NCBI GenBank assembly: GCA_965247535.1
Contig: OZ252018.1
Span: forward strand, 782,674 to 846,673
Direction: 5' to 3'
DNA: 64,000 nt
From: Dehalococcoidia bacterium
Lineage (GTDB): Bacteria; Chloroflexota; Dehalococcoidia; Lucifugimonadales; UBA2985
Each line of letters opens with the position of its first letter. Positions within the stretch are counted from its first letter, which is position 1. The notes beneath the pieces were generated by a model. The model worked only from the letters and a program-made list of their open reading frames with translations, was not told the DNA's origin and made no database searches. Position numbers and translations under genes: made by a program. Of this stretch, positions 10,484 to 21,469 are shown piece by piece.

Positions 10484-11305
10484 CTAGCCTGTGCCATCGC
10501 CGGCGGCCGGGTTGTCATCCCCGCGGACGGCCCTCACTACCACGCAGCTCCACTTGAAGCTGATGGCGCCGGCATCGTCCCTGCGGATGTCGAATGCCTC
10601 GACCGCTCCTGGCGGAGCGTTCAGAAAGTCGCGGCGCAGGCTCTCCACCTCGTCCGAGGGCGTGCCGGACCGGCGCACCCAGTCGTCGAAGTCGTGAGGC
10701 ACGTCTGTCAGCGTGGAGTCCGTGGGGTGCAGGCCGTTCTCCTCCAACACCTGCAGCCATCCGGACGGGGACAGGTTGCTAACGTGGCTGGGATCGCGGC
10801 GCTCCTCCACGTCGTTCATCCAGACGGAGGTTGGAGCATCCTCCGGCGAGCAAGTATCCGCGAGGATGAGGATGGCGCCCGGAGCGAGCACGCGGCGCCA
10901 CTCAGTGATCGCTTTCCTCAAGTCCATAAAGTGATGGGGTGCGATCCGGCAGGTGAGCAGGTCGAGCGAGGCGTCCGCGAACGGCAGGTCCTCTGCGGCC
11001 GCGAGCGCATAGCCCACGTTCGTGACTCCGCGCTCTGAGGCCAGCTTGCGGGTCTCCGCGATCATTTCGGGAGTGAGGTCCGAGGCGACCACCGAGTCTG
11101 CGAAGGGTGCAATGGTGAAGGCCGTGAAGCCGGTGCCGGTGGCCACGTCTACGGCGCGAGCGTAGCGCGCCGAGGATGCCCAGTCACGCACAACCTGCAG
11201 GCTCTCGCCTGAACTGTGGCCGGCGCTGCGGGTGTAGTGCTGGGCCTGCCTGCCGAACTGCTCCTGCGCTCCCGTGCGCCTGGGCGTGTTGTCCTGCGTA
11301 GCCAT
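10484..11305 (-). CDS. Class I SAM-dependent methyltransferase
   Basis: VDVATGTG, AEDLPFADASLD, RIAPHHF, RDPSH. Confidence 0.88.
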   Translation of the reverse strand: MATQDNTPRRTGAQEQFGRQAQHYTRSAGHSSGESLQVVRDWASSARYARAVDVATGTGFTAFTIAPFADSVVASDLTPEMIAETRKLASERGVTNVGYALAAAEDLPFADASLDLLTCRIAPHHFMDLRKAITEWRRVLAPGAILILADTCSPEDAPTSVWMNDVEERRDPSHVSNLSPSGWLQVLEENGLHPTDSTLTDVPHDFDDWVRRSGTPSDEVESLRRDFLNAPPGAVEAFDIRRDDAGAISFKWSCVVVRAVRGDDNPAAGDGTG

Positions 11306-11406
11306 GGCGGTATGTTAGCCCAAAGCTGCGCAGCTTGCAAGCTGCGGTAGTTGGAGGGCCAGGTAGGTGAGGCAGAGCGAATGGCAGGGCGGCTCGGCCG
11401 TCTGAC

Positions 11407-12480
11407 TCAATCGCCCTCGATGTAGCCGCCGCCCAGGACCTCGTCGCCCTGGTAGAAGACCACGGCCTGCCCGGGAGTGATCGCACGCTGCGGCTCACGG
11501 AAGCTGAGCTCGGCCCACTCTCCATTGGGGGTCAACGTGGCCGCCGACGCCTCCGACTTGTAGCGTATCTTCGCCTCCACCTCGGTGGGTCCGTCGGGTG
11601 CCGCGCCGGACAGGTAGTTCACGCCGCCGGCCCGCAGGGTGCTCCGCAGCAGGCCCTCCGCGGGGCCAACTACGACGCGATTCTCGGCTGTGTCCAACGA
11701 CAGGACGTAGAGCGGCTCCCTGGAGTGCACGCCCAGCCCGCGGCGCTGTCCGACCGTGAACCGCTCGATGCCCTGGTGCGTGCCGACAAGATTCCCGTCG
11801 GTGTCAACGATCTCGCCGGGCGTCGGGGCAACCCTCTCGGCCAGGAATGCTCGGTAGTCGTTATCGGGAATGAAGCAGATCTCCTGGCTGTCCGGCTTGT
11901 CGGCCACGGGCAGGCCGGCGTGGCGCGCAATGTCCCTGATTTCAGACTTGTCGTAGCCTCCTACGGGGAGGAGCAGGTGGCGCATCTGGTCAGGCCGCAG
12001 GCCAAAGAGCACGTAGGACTGGTCCTTCAGCGGGTCCATGCCCCTGAGCAGTCTGGGGCGGCCGCCTGTGGCATCCAGCCGGGCATAGTGCCCGGTTGCC
12101 ACGTATTCCACGCCCAGGGCGTTCGCACGCTTCATCAGGAAGTCGAACTTGATCTTGTCGTTGCAGGCCAGGCATGGGTGGGGAGTGCGTCCGCGCCTGT
12201 ACTCGCTGATGAAGTAGTCGATGACGTGGGCGCGGAACTCGTCCTGAAAGCTCATGACGTAGTGGGGGGCGCCGATGATCTGGCAGACGCGGCGCGCATC
12301 CTCCACGTCATCTATGGTGCAGCAGCCGCGCGAGCGTCCGAGGATGTCCGTCCGGTCGTCGCTCCACAGCTTCATGGTCACGCCGACCATGTCGTAACCC
12401 TGCGACTTCAGCAGGCATGCGGCCACGGAGGAGTCGACTCCTCCGCTCATTGCCACCATTACCTTGCCCTTGCTGATCAC
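11407..12480 (-). CDS. mnmA: tRNA-specific 2-thiouridylase
   Basis: AMSGGVDSS, TPHPCLACN, ATGHYA, KDQSY, DSQEICF, FTVGQRRG, TPGQAVVFY; GGAGG RBS before GTG. Confidence 0.97.
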   Translation of the reverse strand: MISKGKVMVAMSGGVDSSVAACLLKSQGYDMVGVTMKLWSDDRTDILGRSRGCCTIDDVEDARRVCQIIGAPHYVMSFQDEFRAHVIDYFISEYRRGRTPHPCLACNDKIKFDFLMKRANALGVEYVATGHYARLDATGGRPRLLRGMDPLKDQSYVLFGLRPDQMRHLLLPVGGYDKSEIRDIARHAGLPVADKPDSQEICFIPDNDYRAFLAERVAPTPGEIVDTDGNLVGTHQGIERFTVGQRRGLGVHSREPLYVLSLDTAENRVVVGPAEGLLRSTLRAGGVNYLSGAAPDGPTEVEAKIRYKSEASAATLTPNGEWAELSFREPQRAITPGQAVVFYQGDEVLGGGYIEGD

Positions 12481-12644
12481 TTCGAGTCCTCCTGTGAGAC
12501 TTACGGCATCGCGCTCATTGCGCGGTGACTGCCACCCTTACCACGACAGTATACCCTGCCGAGGCGGCATGGGTGAAGTGGGGGAAGCCTGGGTGCGCTC
12601 TCAGCTCAGGCCCCCCTGGATGGCGGGTAAGTTGCTGTCAAAGC

Positions 12645-12677
12645 AGCAGCCGGCAGGTGGTAAACCTGCCGGCTGCT
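12645..12677 (-). terminator. Probable intrinsic terminator hairpin downstream of the DUF11 gene
   Basis: 14-bp perfect stem agcagccggcaggt/acctgccggctgct with a 5-nt loop; weak T-tract. Confidence 0.65.
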
Positions 12678-12704
12678 TGATGGTCCCTTTGGCGGTGGCA
12701 GTTT

Positions 12705-15254
12705 CTACTGCTCGATCACCGTGGTACCTTCGTCCGTGCTGACGTCCTCCGAGAACTCTTCGTATGACAGGGTAGCGGTGGTGACCGTGTCCTGCCGTCT
12801 TTGATTCTCGGGCAGATCGTTGGCCGTCACCGTAATGGTGAAGGTGAAACTATCGCCCGTGGCCAGAGCCTCGCCGTGCTCGTAGGTTACGGTCCCGTTC
12901 TCTGTGTCTATCACTGCCCGCACCTCGTCCGACGTGGAGACAATGGTGAACTCAGTCTCAATCGGCACTACCACACGTACTGAGGTCATCGGCGACCTAC
13001 CCTGGTTGCTCACGCTCACCGTGAACTCCACCTGCTCACCCTCCCTGACCGGGTCAAGTGAGTCGGTGATGTCGACGGTGGCGCCAGGCGCAGCCAGGAC
13101 ACTAACATCCAGCACGGACTGGCTGCTCACGCCCTCGGCGGCGCTGGCGTTGGCGGTGTTCGTCATCGTGCCCACCTCGTCGCCTTGCAGCGTCATTGTG
13201 ACCGACATCGCTTCGCCTACTGCCAGGTCTCCGATCTCCCACGCTACGGAGCCGCCCTCTTCTGGGACCGTTCCCTCCGGGCTGGACGTGACGTAGGACA
13301 TGCCGGCGTCAAAGTTGTCGCTGATGGTCACGCCTGTCAGCGGCACCTCACCGGAGTTGGTCGCGGTCAGCGTGTAGGTCACCTGGTTTCCTACGAACAT
13401 CGCTGTACGTCCCGTCTTCTCTACGGTTATGGCGGGCACCAGGATGGTAGTCGTCACCTGGAACTGAGGCGCGGTGGCAACCCTGTCGGCGTTGGCGGAC
13501 GCCGTGTTCACCTTGGCGCCTGCCGTTGTGCCCATGACCCTCAGGCTGAGGGTGGACGAGTCGCCAGGATTCAGGTCGCCGACGCTCCAGGTCACCGTGC
13601 TGTCCTCCTCGGAGAACGTTCCGGTCGGGTCGCTGCTCATGTGCGCCAAGCCCTCAGGCAGGGTGTCAGTTACGATCGTGTTAGCGGCGACACCATTGCC
13701 GTCATTGGTCACCGTTATGGTGTAGGCGAAGCTCTCGTTCAGCAGCGCCGTTATCGGTCCTGCCTTGGTTATTGCCAGTATCGGCTGGACGACCGTGGTC
13801 GTGGCTTCGGCGCTGGCCGAAGCGCCCTCGGTGGAGGACACCGCGGCCCCGTTGGTCCAGTCGCCGGGCTGGCTGGCCCGCAGGACTACCGAGACTGACG
13901 TTGTCTCGAACGGGTTCTGCGTACCCAGTTGAATCGACAGCTGGTCACCGGTCAGGGTGCCCTCCGGGTCGGATGAGACGAAGCTCAAGCCTGCCGGTAT
14001 GGTGTCCACCAACTGGACGCCCGTGCTTGCACCGGTACCCGTACCGGTCACCTCGATGGTGTAGGTGACGTCGCTATTGATGTCAACCTGGGCCGGTCCG
14101 GTCTTGGTGACTTCCAGACCGCCTCTCATGACTTCCGTTGCGGTGGAGTCGTCGTCGCTTAGGCCCTCGGAAGACTCAGCGTGGTACGTAATGATCTGTT
14201 CGCCAATGCGCACGCCCTGAGCCGTCAGTTCCACAGACCTGGTGCCATCGATTGCGATGGTGCCCAGATCCCAGGTTACGACGGATTCGCTCTCGGCGCC
14301 CTCCAGTGTGGAGGACACGTAGGTCAGGCCCGCGGGCAGCATGGCGGTGAGCTCGGTGTTCGTTGCGTCGAAGTTACCGGTATTGGTCACCGAGATGGTG
14401 TACATTGCGTTGGCCAGCAGGCCTATCTGGGCGGAGCCGGCGGCCTCAACATCCAGAATTGCTTGCTTCCACTGCTTCCGCATGGTGTGCGAGAACATGG
14501 TCTTGCCGTCCGGCGTCAGCACTTCAATGAATACGCTGTTGCCGCCGATGACGGTGTCTACCTGCTCGAGAGTGACGGAAGCCTGTCCGGAGGCGTCCGT
14601 TGTGGCGGTGATGACGTTGCTGTCTTCCGCTGCGTTGGTGAAGCTGGCATTCGGCTCGTCATCGACAATGGTCCAGCGGACGGACGTTCCCTGAACTGGG
14701 CCGCCGTCCGAAACATTGACTATCGTTACGGTCATGGGGTGAGGCGTTCCGAAGCGGTTCTCTGCGTCGCCCGGGAACTCAGGGCACCCGTCCACCCAGT
14801 GCACCACTCCAAAGACCTTGTGGGTGCCACTGTTCTGGATGCCGGGTGCGAAGGTGGTTACGTCGGTGTCGCCCGGGCGAGTTGCGACGAGCGTCGCGGA
14901 GGCCCGCCCGTCAGAGTTGGTATTCACGATTGCGAAGGTGTTCGTCATCTTTGTCGGGCTGGTGTTGCCCGCAACCTCGACGATGTCACCCACCGCATCC
15001 GGGAAGCGGTTGAGGAAGAACTCGATGCGTCCGTTGGACGCCGCACTGGCGCCGGCCATCAGTTGAGCATTGAGTTCGTGTTGGTTGAAGATGCAGTTCC
15101 ACGACTCCTCGGGATTCAGCGACACCATCGTAGGTATGCTGGCTTGGGGACTTGTGGAGCTTTGAGGGTTGGCGGCAGTTGCGTTGCCAATTAGCCCAAC
15201 CACTAGGAGAAGTAGCCCCATCGCCGGCAAGGCCAGTCGCTTCGCATTGAGCAT
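12705..15254 (-). CDS. Secreted DUF11-repeat (OmcB-like) protein
   Basis: Signal peptide; repeated TKxGP...YTITVTNxG...TDTLPxGL...V(T)WxxGxL units; DSLDPVREGEQVEFTVSVSNQG. Confidence 0.82.
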   Translation of the reverse strand: MLNAKRLALPAMGLLLLVVGLIGNATAANPQSSTSPQASIPTMVSLNPEESWNCIFNQHELNAQLMAGASAASNGRIEFFLNRFPDAVGDIVEVAGNTSPTKMTNTFAIVNTNSDGRASATLVATRPGDTDVTTFAPGIQNSGTHKVFGVVHWVDGCPEFPGDAENRFGTPHPMTVTIVNVSDGGPVQGTSVRWTIVDDEPNASFTNAAEDSNVITATTDASGQASVTLEQVDTVIGGNSVFIEVLTPDGKTMFSHTMRKQWKQAILDVEAAGSAQIGLLANAMYTISVTNTGNFDATNTELTAMLPAGLTYVSSTLEGAESESVVTWDLGTIAIDGTRSVELTAQGVRIGEQIITYHAESSEGLSDDDSTATEVMRGGLEVTKTGPAQVDINSDVTYTIEVTGTGTGASTGVQLVDTIPAGLSFVSSDPEGTLTGDQLSIQLGTQNPFETTSVSVVLRASQPGDWTNGAAVSSTEGASASAEATTTVVQPILAITKAGPITALLNESFAYTITVTNDGNGVAANTIVTDTLPEGLAHMSSDPTGTFSEEDSTVTWSVGDLNPGDSSTLSLRVMGTTAGAKVNTASANADRVATAPQFQVTTTILVPAITVEKTGRTAMFVGNQVTYTLTATNSGEVPLTGVTISDNFDAGMSYVTSSPEGTVPEEGGSVAWEIGDLAVGEAMSVTMTLQGDEVGTMTNTANASAAEGVSSQSVLDVSVLAAPGATVDITDSLDPVREGEQVEFTVSVSNQGRSPMTSVRVVVPIETEFTIVSTSDEVRAVIDTENGTVTYEHGEALATGDSFTFTITVTANDLPENQRRQDTVTTATLSYEEFSEDVSTDEGTTVIEQ

Positions 15255-15723
15255 CGAAACACCTCGTTATGAGCCGGGCCGAGGCCGGCACAGACATGAT
15301 AATCTCGCCGATGTTAGCATAGTAAGGTTCTGCTGTCTACATTGTGAGCGAAAATTCTCACAAATAAATCTCGGCATTTTCCAATCAGTTTCTGGCATTC
15401 GGTTTCTCCTCGGCAATCTTGCCAAAGGTGCTTGTAGTTCGCAGTTGAGGCCTGTGCGGTCTCTTCCTCCACTTCAAGGCTGGGTTCACTTCGCGCTTCG
15501 GCGGGATGGGGCCGGCTGCATTCGAGGCCGCCGGGCACTTGTACCACACGAAACAGAGGGACACAATGAAGCTGAACCGGCCAGTGAAGGGACCTCGGAA
15601 TGGAACTTCAGTAAGCATTGGCGAGGAGGCTGACCCGGACCTGTCAGTCCAGCATGGCGTTGAGGACGAGCTTGGTCTTGACCAGACCGCCGAGCGCGGT
15701 GCGTTTGGCCTATTAGGTCACAA

Positions 15724-17124
15724 GTGACGACGAAGACCCAGCGGATTGCGATTGTAGGCGGCGGCGTGGCCGGACTGGGGGCAGCCTGGGCGCTCTCCCA
15801 CAGCCCGGACAGGTTCGACTTCCGCGTCTTCGAGGCGAAGGACCGCCTGGGCGGCAACGCCTTGACGGTCGACATGCCTCAGGAGGGCGGCGGGTCCGTT
15901 CCCTTCGACATATCTGCAACAGCCCTCATACCATCCGTCTACAAGCACGTGCTTCTCCTTATGGAGCAGTTCGGAATCGATCTCCTGCCCACTCGCTTCA
16001 GCTACACCGTAGAGTACGGAGACGGAATCTATGCCCATGACTTCGATTCCGGCCTGCGAGACGAGCTTCAGAGTGAAATCCAGCGGTTCCAGCGCCTTCT
16101 GCGGATGCTGAGGAAGGTCGGCGTGCTGACCCGCGCCCGCTCTCGGCTCCTTAATGCGCTGAACCCGTTCAACTACGTCTCCATGGGGACCGTCCTGGAC
16201 CTGGCGGAGCTGTCCGACGACTTCCGGTACAAGGTTTTGAAGCCCATGGTCATCAACTTCGTGCTGGCGACTAACGTGTTCGACATGCCGGCCTCGCTCT
16301 TCGCCAGGTATCTGGAGTTCTTCGGCATAGAGACCGCAACCTCTATGCACACCTGGGACCAGGGCACGCGGAACATATACGAGCACCTAACTGCCGGCTT
16401 CCGCGACAAGATTTACCTCAGCCGGCCCGTGCAGAAGGTGTACCGCAATCCTGACGGCGTCGTGGTGGAAGATGCCGAGGGCGTGTGGGAAGCGTTCGAC
16501 CAGGTCATCTTAGCCTGTAATGCCAACCAGACCCTGCCTGCGATCGACAGCCCCAGTCAGCTGGAGCAATACATCCTTTCGTCGGTGCGCTACGATAGGG
16601 AGCTTCACCGGGAAGCGGTGGTCCATTGGGACGCGTCCGTCCTCCCGGAGGACGACACCCATGCCTTGTCCACCAGGAGCAACCACATTCGTCAGTACGG
16701 GGCCAAGCCGGATAACTACGAGGTCACCTACATCATGCACAACCAACAGCCCTGGGCCGGTCGGTCGGACAAGCCATGCCTGGTCACCTACAATCCGGTC
16801 AGCCCCATCGATAGCCGGAAGATTATCGCTCGTCACCAGTTCCAGCACATCGTGCACGACGTCCGGCACGTCGTGTGGCTGGCGCCGTTGTTCCGATTCA
16901 TTCAGGGCAGACGCCGGACCTGGCACTGCGGCGCACACACCCTGGTCAACAGCCAGGAGACGTGTCTTGTCAGCGGGCTGGTCACGGCGAGGCAGCTCGG
17001 GGCGGACTATCCCTTCTCAGACGATGAAGCTCGACGGTGGTTCAACTACTACGGGAGCGTCATGTATGGCTGGGGGTTCAGGAAGGCGAGCGGGCAGAGG
17101 GAACACGCCCACCGGGATAGATGA
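15724..17124 (+). CDS. FAD-dependent oxidoreductase (amine oxidase/desaturase-like)
   Basis: IAIVGGGVAGL...FEAKDRLGG, FDQVILA, QGRRRTWHCGA. Confidence 0.85.
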   Translation: MTTKTQRIAIVGGGVAGLGAAWALSHSPDRFDFRVFEAKDRLGGNALTVDMPQEGGGSVPFDISATALIPSVYKHVLLLMEQFGIDLLPTRFSYTVEYGDGIYAHDFDSGLRDELQSEIQRFQRLLRMLRKVGVLTRARSRLLNALNPFNYVSMGTVLDLAELSDDFRYKVLKPMVINFVLATNVFDMPASLFARYLEFFGIETATSMHTWDQGTRNIYEHLTAGFRDKIYLSRPVQKVYRNPDGVVVEDAEGVWEAFDQVILACNANQTLPAIDSPSQLEQYILSSVRYDRELHREAVVHWDASVLPEDDTHALSTRSNHIRQYGAKPDNYEVTYIMHNQQPWAGRSDKPCLVTYNPVSPIDSRKIIARHQFQHIVHDVRHVVWLAPLFRFIQGRRRTWHCGAHTLVNSQETCLVSGLVTARQLGADYPFSDDEARRWFNYYGSVMYGWGFRKASGQREHAHRDR

Positions 17125-17215
17125 GATCGGCGGCCTTCGCCCAGGCCGGAGGGAGAGAGGCGGGTATGTCGTTGCCGCGTTTGGTCGGCACCCGCCGGGT
17201 CTTTCGAACCCCGTG

Positions 17216-18846
17216 TTAGTGGGCCAGGAGGCCGGCAGCGACTTCTCGTGCCTCCTCCCAGGTTTGCACTATATGGTCCGAAGGCACGCGCCTGAGCACG
17301 TTCAACGCCTGAATGTTGTGGACAGACGCTCCGCCGAGCCCCATCACGATGCAGTGGGTGTCGTAGCCCGTTGCGGTCTCGATCAGTTGTTCCACCACGA
17401 GAGCAGCGCTGTCGTCCACATAGACGGTGTCGGTGAAGTCCAGAATAACGACCTCGTGCTCCCGTATGTCCTCGCCGATGGTATCCAGAAGCTTGCTGGA
17501 GGAAGCGACAGTGAAGGAGCCCCTCAGAGCGACCAGCCCCACCCTGGCTGAGGAGCCGTCGATGTCTTCCTGATTCTCATCCGTGCCAAAAAAGCTGCTG
17601 TCCAGGATCCGCACCGAGATAACACTGTCCAGCTCGAGCAGTTCGAACTGGCGAGCGTGGGTTACCGCCGCGGCGATCATTCCCACGGCAACGGCCGTCA
17701 CCAGGTCGAGGAACACGGTGAGCCCGAGCGTTAGGAGCATCACCGCCATGTGTTCACGCTGGACTCGGTGCAGGCGCGTTACGAACCTCCAGTCTATGGT
17801 ATCCAGTGCAACCTTGAACAAGATCCCTGCCAGGAGGGCGTTGGGAATACGAGCAACGTAGTCCCCCAGGAGCAGCATCATGACCAGCAGTATGGCCACG
17901 GCGACCACTCCCGCAATGAAGGTCCTTCCGCCGGCCCGATAGTTTGCGACAGTGCTTGGGGTAGCTCCTGCCCCGGGCAGGCCTTGAATGAACCCGGTAA
18001 ACACCGCGCCCATGCCCTGGGCAAGCAGCTCCTTGCTGGGGTCGTGACGAGACCGCGTCATGGAGTCTGCTACAAGTCCTGTCAGCAGCGTGTCCGCGGA
18101 CCCTACAAGGGCTATGACCAGCGCCGGCTCAATGGAGCTGACCAGTACGCTGAACGAGAGTTCCGGTAACTTGAAGGAAGGGAGCCCGGTCGGGAGGGCT
18201 CCAATGGTTGGGGCATTGGTCAGCCAGATAAGGCTTACCACAGTCCCGGCACCCAGCGCAACCAGGGAGGACGGGAGGTACCTGTCGAATCTCTTGGGCC
18301 ACAGGATTGCTACGGCAAGCGTGATGCCGGCCACGCCCACGGCGTTGACCTCAAAGTGCTCGATGATGCTCGGGAAGTTCCGAATCGCTCCGAGCGGTCC
18401 GCCCGTGGCAACCGGCGCTCCCAGGAAGGGCAGGGTCTGCACCAGTATGACGCACCTACGCCCGTCATGAAGCCCGAAATCACGGAGTAGGGCGTGTAGG
18501 TCACGTACCGCCCGAGGCGCAGCAGGCCGAACACCATCTGGATCAGCCCGGCCATGATCACAATTGTGAAGGCCTCGGCTATGTTGTCGGCGTGGGCGGC
18601 TACGATGACCGCCATTGCCACGGTCATGGAGCCGGTGGGACCGGATATGAGTGACCGTGTGCCCCCGAACACGGCGGTGAAGAAGCCCACGGAGATCGCC
18701 CCGTAGACCCCGGCAGCCGGCCCCAGTCCTGCTGCAATGCCGAACGCCAGGGCCACCACTGCCGCCGTGACACCGCCGAGGACGTCCCCAGGCAGACTCC
18801 TTGCTTCGAACCGCGGGAAGAAGATCGAGAGACGGTTCAGCATCAC
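17216..18846 (-). pseudogene. SulP-family anion transporter with STAS domain, frameshifted
   Basis: ORFs 18310-18846 and 17216-18442 are both collinear with the intact paralog at 25664-27292; frameshift at about 18452; also an in-frame loss (AAVVALAFG vs AAVVGLPVALAFG). Confidence 0.85.
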
Positions 18847-19119
18847 CTTCCTGCTATTGGGCCGGACACGTCAAGTCAAGAGCGTGGTATGGGAACTGAA
18901 TTCATACCCTATAGACACCGGTGACCCTGTGCGGCGTGGAATTCGCTGCACCTCCGAACTGGAGGCCCATACGGGCCCGTTGTAGAAGCCGCATACCAGG
19001 TTAGAAGAGCCGAAACCCATTGTATACCACAGGTACGATTGCCTGTGGTTGGTGCCCCGTGGTCATTTTTTGGGCACTTTGCGGGAGCGTCGGGTAGGAG
19101 CCGTGAATTTGGCTATGTA

Positions 19120-19347
19120 CCTCTCGGAGTCCGGCCGCGCGGCGATCGATAGCCCCAGGTTCAGCAGGCGCTCCGTTTCACGGGCTGCGCTCCAGGACGC
19201 CTCCAGGGCAGGAACGGTCTCGGTCTGGATCTGGTAGTTCAGATCGCCGCTCTGCTCGAAGTAATAGACGCCCACCGCGCCGGATATCAGAGTCAGGGCG
19301 ACGGCAAGGCCAATGCCAGGTACAGCTTGATTCCGGTCCGCCGCCAC
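19120..19347 (-). pseudogene. N-terminal fragment of a membrane sensor (histidine kinase/chemoreceptor-like)
   Basis: IKLYLAL/AVALTLISGAVGVYYF transmembrane segment followed by helical QTETVPALEASW; truncated, with an apparent frameshift near 19310. Confidence 0.4.
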
Positions 19348-19601
19348 CGTTCTCTAATGAAGTGCATGTCAGAAATGCTCCAGCGAGGGGTGCCTACGAT
19401 AGTTGTACAGTTTAGCGGGCAAGTTGTTCAAGCGTTTGAGTCCGATCCGCCCAACAGTCCGCGAGACCCGGAAGGCTTACATGCGGGGAACAGGTGAGTC
19501 CGCTCGATCTGCTGAATTGCATCGTCAACTCCACCTCCATTTCCGCACATCTCCTCGCTGCTATTTTCTCGCGTGCGCCCCCACAAGACAAGAACCCGCA
19601 C

Positions 19602-20804
19602 CTATGGGTTTTCTCCGCCCAGCGCTGGAGTCGGGGATGCCGCCTCTTCGGCAGGGATCTTGGGAGTATCGGGCTCTTCCAACTGCTCCGGCTCCGGTTC
19701 CTTCACGCCGGGGTCGCTCCACTCTTTGTAGAAATAGACGAAGATGTCCCTTCCCACGGCCACTAGCGGTACGCCGACCAACACTCCCCACAGACCCGCA
19801 ATCTCGCTGGCCACTATCAGCGTCGCCATGATGAAGATCGGATGGAGTCTGAGCGCGCCTCCCTGAACGCGGGGCGATATGACGTTGCTCTCGATCAGCT
19901 GCACAATGATGTAGACCAGCGCCACCCAGGGGAGCTTGCCGGGGTCGGTGGCCAGCGCAACCAGCAGGCCCGGCACGGCGCCTATATATGCGCCGACAAT
20001 CGGTATGAGGCCAAGTACGCCTGCCAGCAGTCCCAGGGTGAGCGGGTACCTGATGTCCAGGAAGAAGAGTCCTAGGAACACGAATCCGCCGATGATGGAC
20101 GCGCTGATGACCTGGGCGCGAATGTACGAGCCGATGACGCTGTGGAAGAGGTGAAACACGTTGCGCGTGTGCCTGGAAACGCCGGTGGGCAGCATGGAGT
20201 ACATCCCGCCGATAAGCTGCTCCTTGTCCTTGAGCATGTAGAAAAGCAGGAATGGAACTACAGCGAAACCAATCACGGCTGATACGGTACTGGTGACGCT
20301 GTTTAGCGTCCTGGTCAGGATTGACAGTAAGACGTCACCTATTGTCCCGCTTGCGGATTGCAGCCACCCGTCCAGCTGTGACTTTAGGTCCTCAGGCACC
20401 TGCCTGTCGATGTCCACTAGCCAGCCCTCCACGGTGCTTTGGGCCTGTTCGTAAATCTCCGGAGCCGACCGGAAGAACTCCCTCATCTCAACGTAGATGG
20501 GCTGAACAGTGAGGTACAGGAACCCGGCCATCAATGTTAGAAACGCGGCGTATACTGCGACAATGGCGACTAGCCTGGCGATGCGAGGATGACGTGAATG
20601 GAAGGGGAACGCTCTCTCGATATACGAGACGAGCGGAAAAATGAGCTCCGCCACAATGACGCTCATGATGATGGGAAGCAGCGCACCTCGACCAAGGTAC
20701 GTGATGAAGAGGAGCGACAGGACACCGACAGTGACCAGTCCCGTCAGCCTCCACCTGATCCACACTGAGGGGGTTTCGCCATGCGCGCTGTTTGGAAGGG
20801 ACAT
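19602..20804 (-). CDS. AI-2E family transporter
   Basis: FYMLKD, IGSYIRAQ, LIPIVGAYIG, VQLIESNVISPRVQG..LRLHP, GLWGVLVGVP; start taken at ATG 20804. Confidence 0.9.
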   Translation of the reverse strand: MSLPNSAHGETPSVWIRWRLTGLVTVGVLSLLFITYLGRGALLPIIMSVIVAELIFPLVSYIERAFPFHSRHPRIARLVAIVAVYAAFLTLMAGFLYLTVQPIYVEMREFFRSAPEIYEQAQSTVEGWLVDIDRQVPEDLKSQLDGWLQSASGTIGDVLLSILTRTLNSVTSTVSAVIGFAVVPFLLFYMLKDKEQLIGGMYSMLPTGVSRHTRNVFHLFHSVIGSYIRAQVISASIIGGFVFLGLFFLDIRYPLTLGLLAGVLGLIPIVGAYIGAVPGLLVALATDPGKLPWVALVYIIVQLIESNVISPRVQGGALRLHPIFIMATLIVASEIAGLWGVLVGVPLVAVGRDIFVYFYKEWSDPGVKEPEPEQLEEPDTPKIPAEEAASPTPALGGENP

Positions 20805-21049
20805 GAACTTGTTCCTGGACGACGGGGGCCAAGCCCTGTGGCGCCGGACGCCCGAAGCGCCCACGAAATCCTACCCATTGTAACACTCACGCTGCCCCGC
20901 TGCATTCACAGGGGCGCTTCATGCGCACATACGCGGACCGGCCGAGCACGAACGCGCGGAGGCCCACGGGTCCATTCAGTCCGCCTGATGCCGCGTCTTC
21001 GTCTTGTGTAGCCGGCCATTGTTGAATTCAACTCACGGCGTAAGGATAA

Positions 21050-21469
21050 TTGCCGCCGCTTTGGGGCATGGCGGCATACCCCGACCCCGGTTTCTCGCCT
21101 GCGTTGACGACTGTGTGGTTGGTGGCGGCGGCGATGCTGTTACTGCTGGGGTGGAGCATCTCACCGGGCGCCAACATGCAGAAGTACACTTTAAAGCGAT
21201 GGCCGGACCGCAAGATCCTGTACAGTGGATTCTGGGGCGTGGCCCGAAACTTCAACTACATGGGCGAGGGTTTCCTCCCCCTGTCGATCACCCTTGTATT
21301 CGGGCACTTAGGGGCTCCGTGGGCGTGGACGTACTTCGTATTCATCGTCACGATGTTCACCTTCCGCCAGCGCGACGACGACAGGCACTGTGCGTAGAAG
21401 TACGGCGCGGAGAAGTGGGCGGAGTACCAGGCGCGGGTGAAGTACCGGATCTTTCCGGGCGTCTACTAG
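21050..21469 (+). pseudogene. C-terminal remnant of an ERG4/ERG24-type sterol reductase
   Basis: GANMQKY, SGFWGVARNFNYMGE, RQRDDDRHCA*KYGAEKWAEYQARVKYRIFPGVY*; internal TAG at 21395-21397; N-terminal half missing. Confidence 0.8.
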
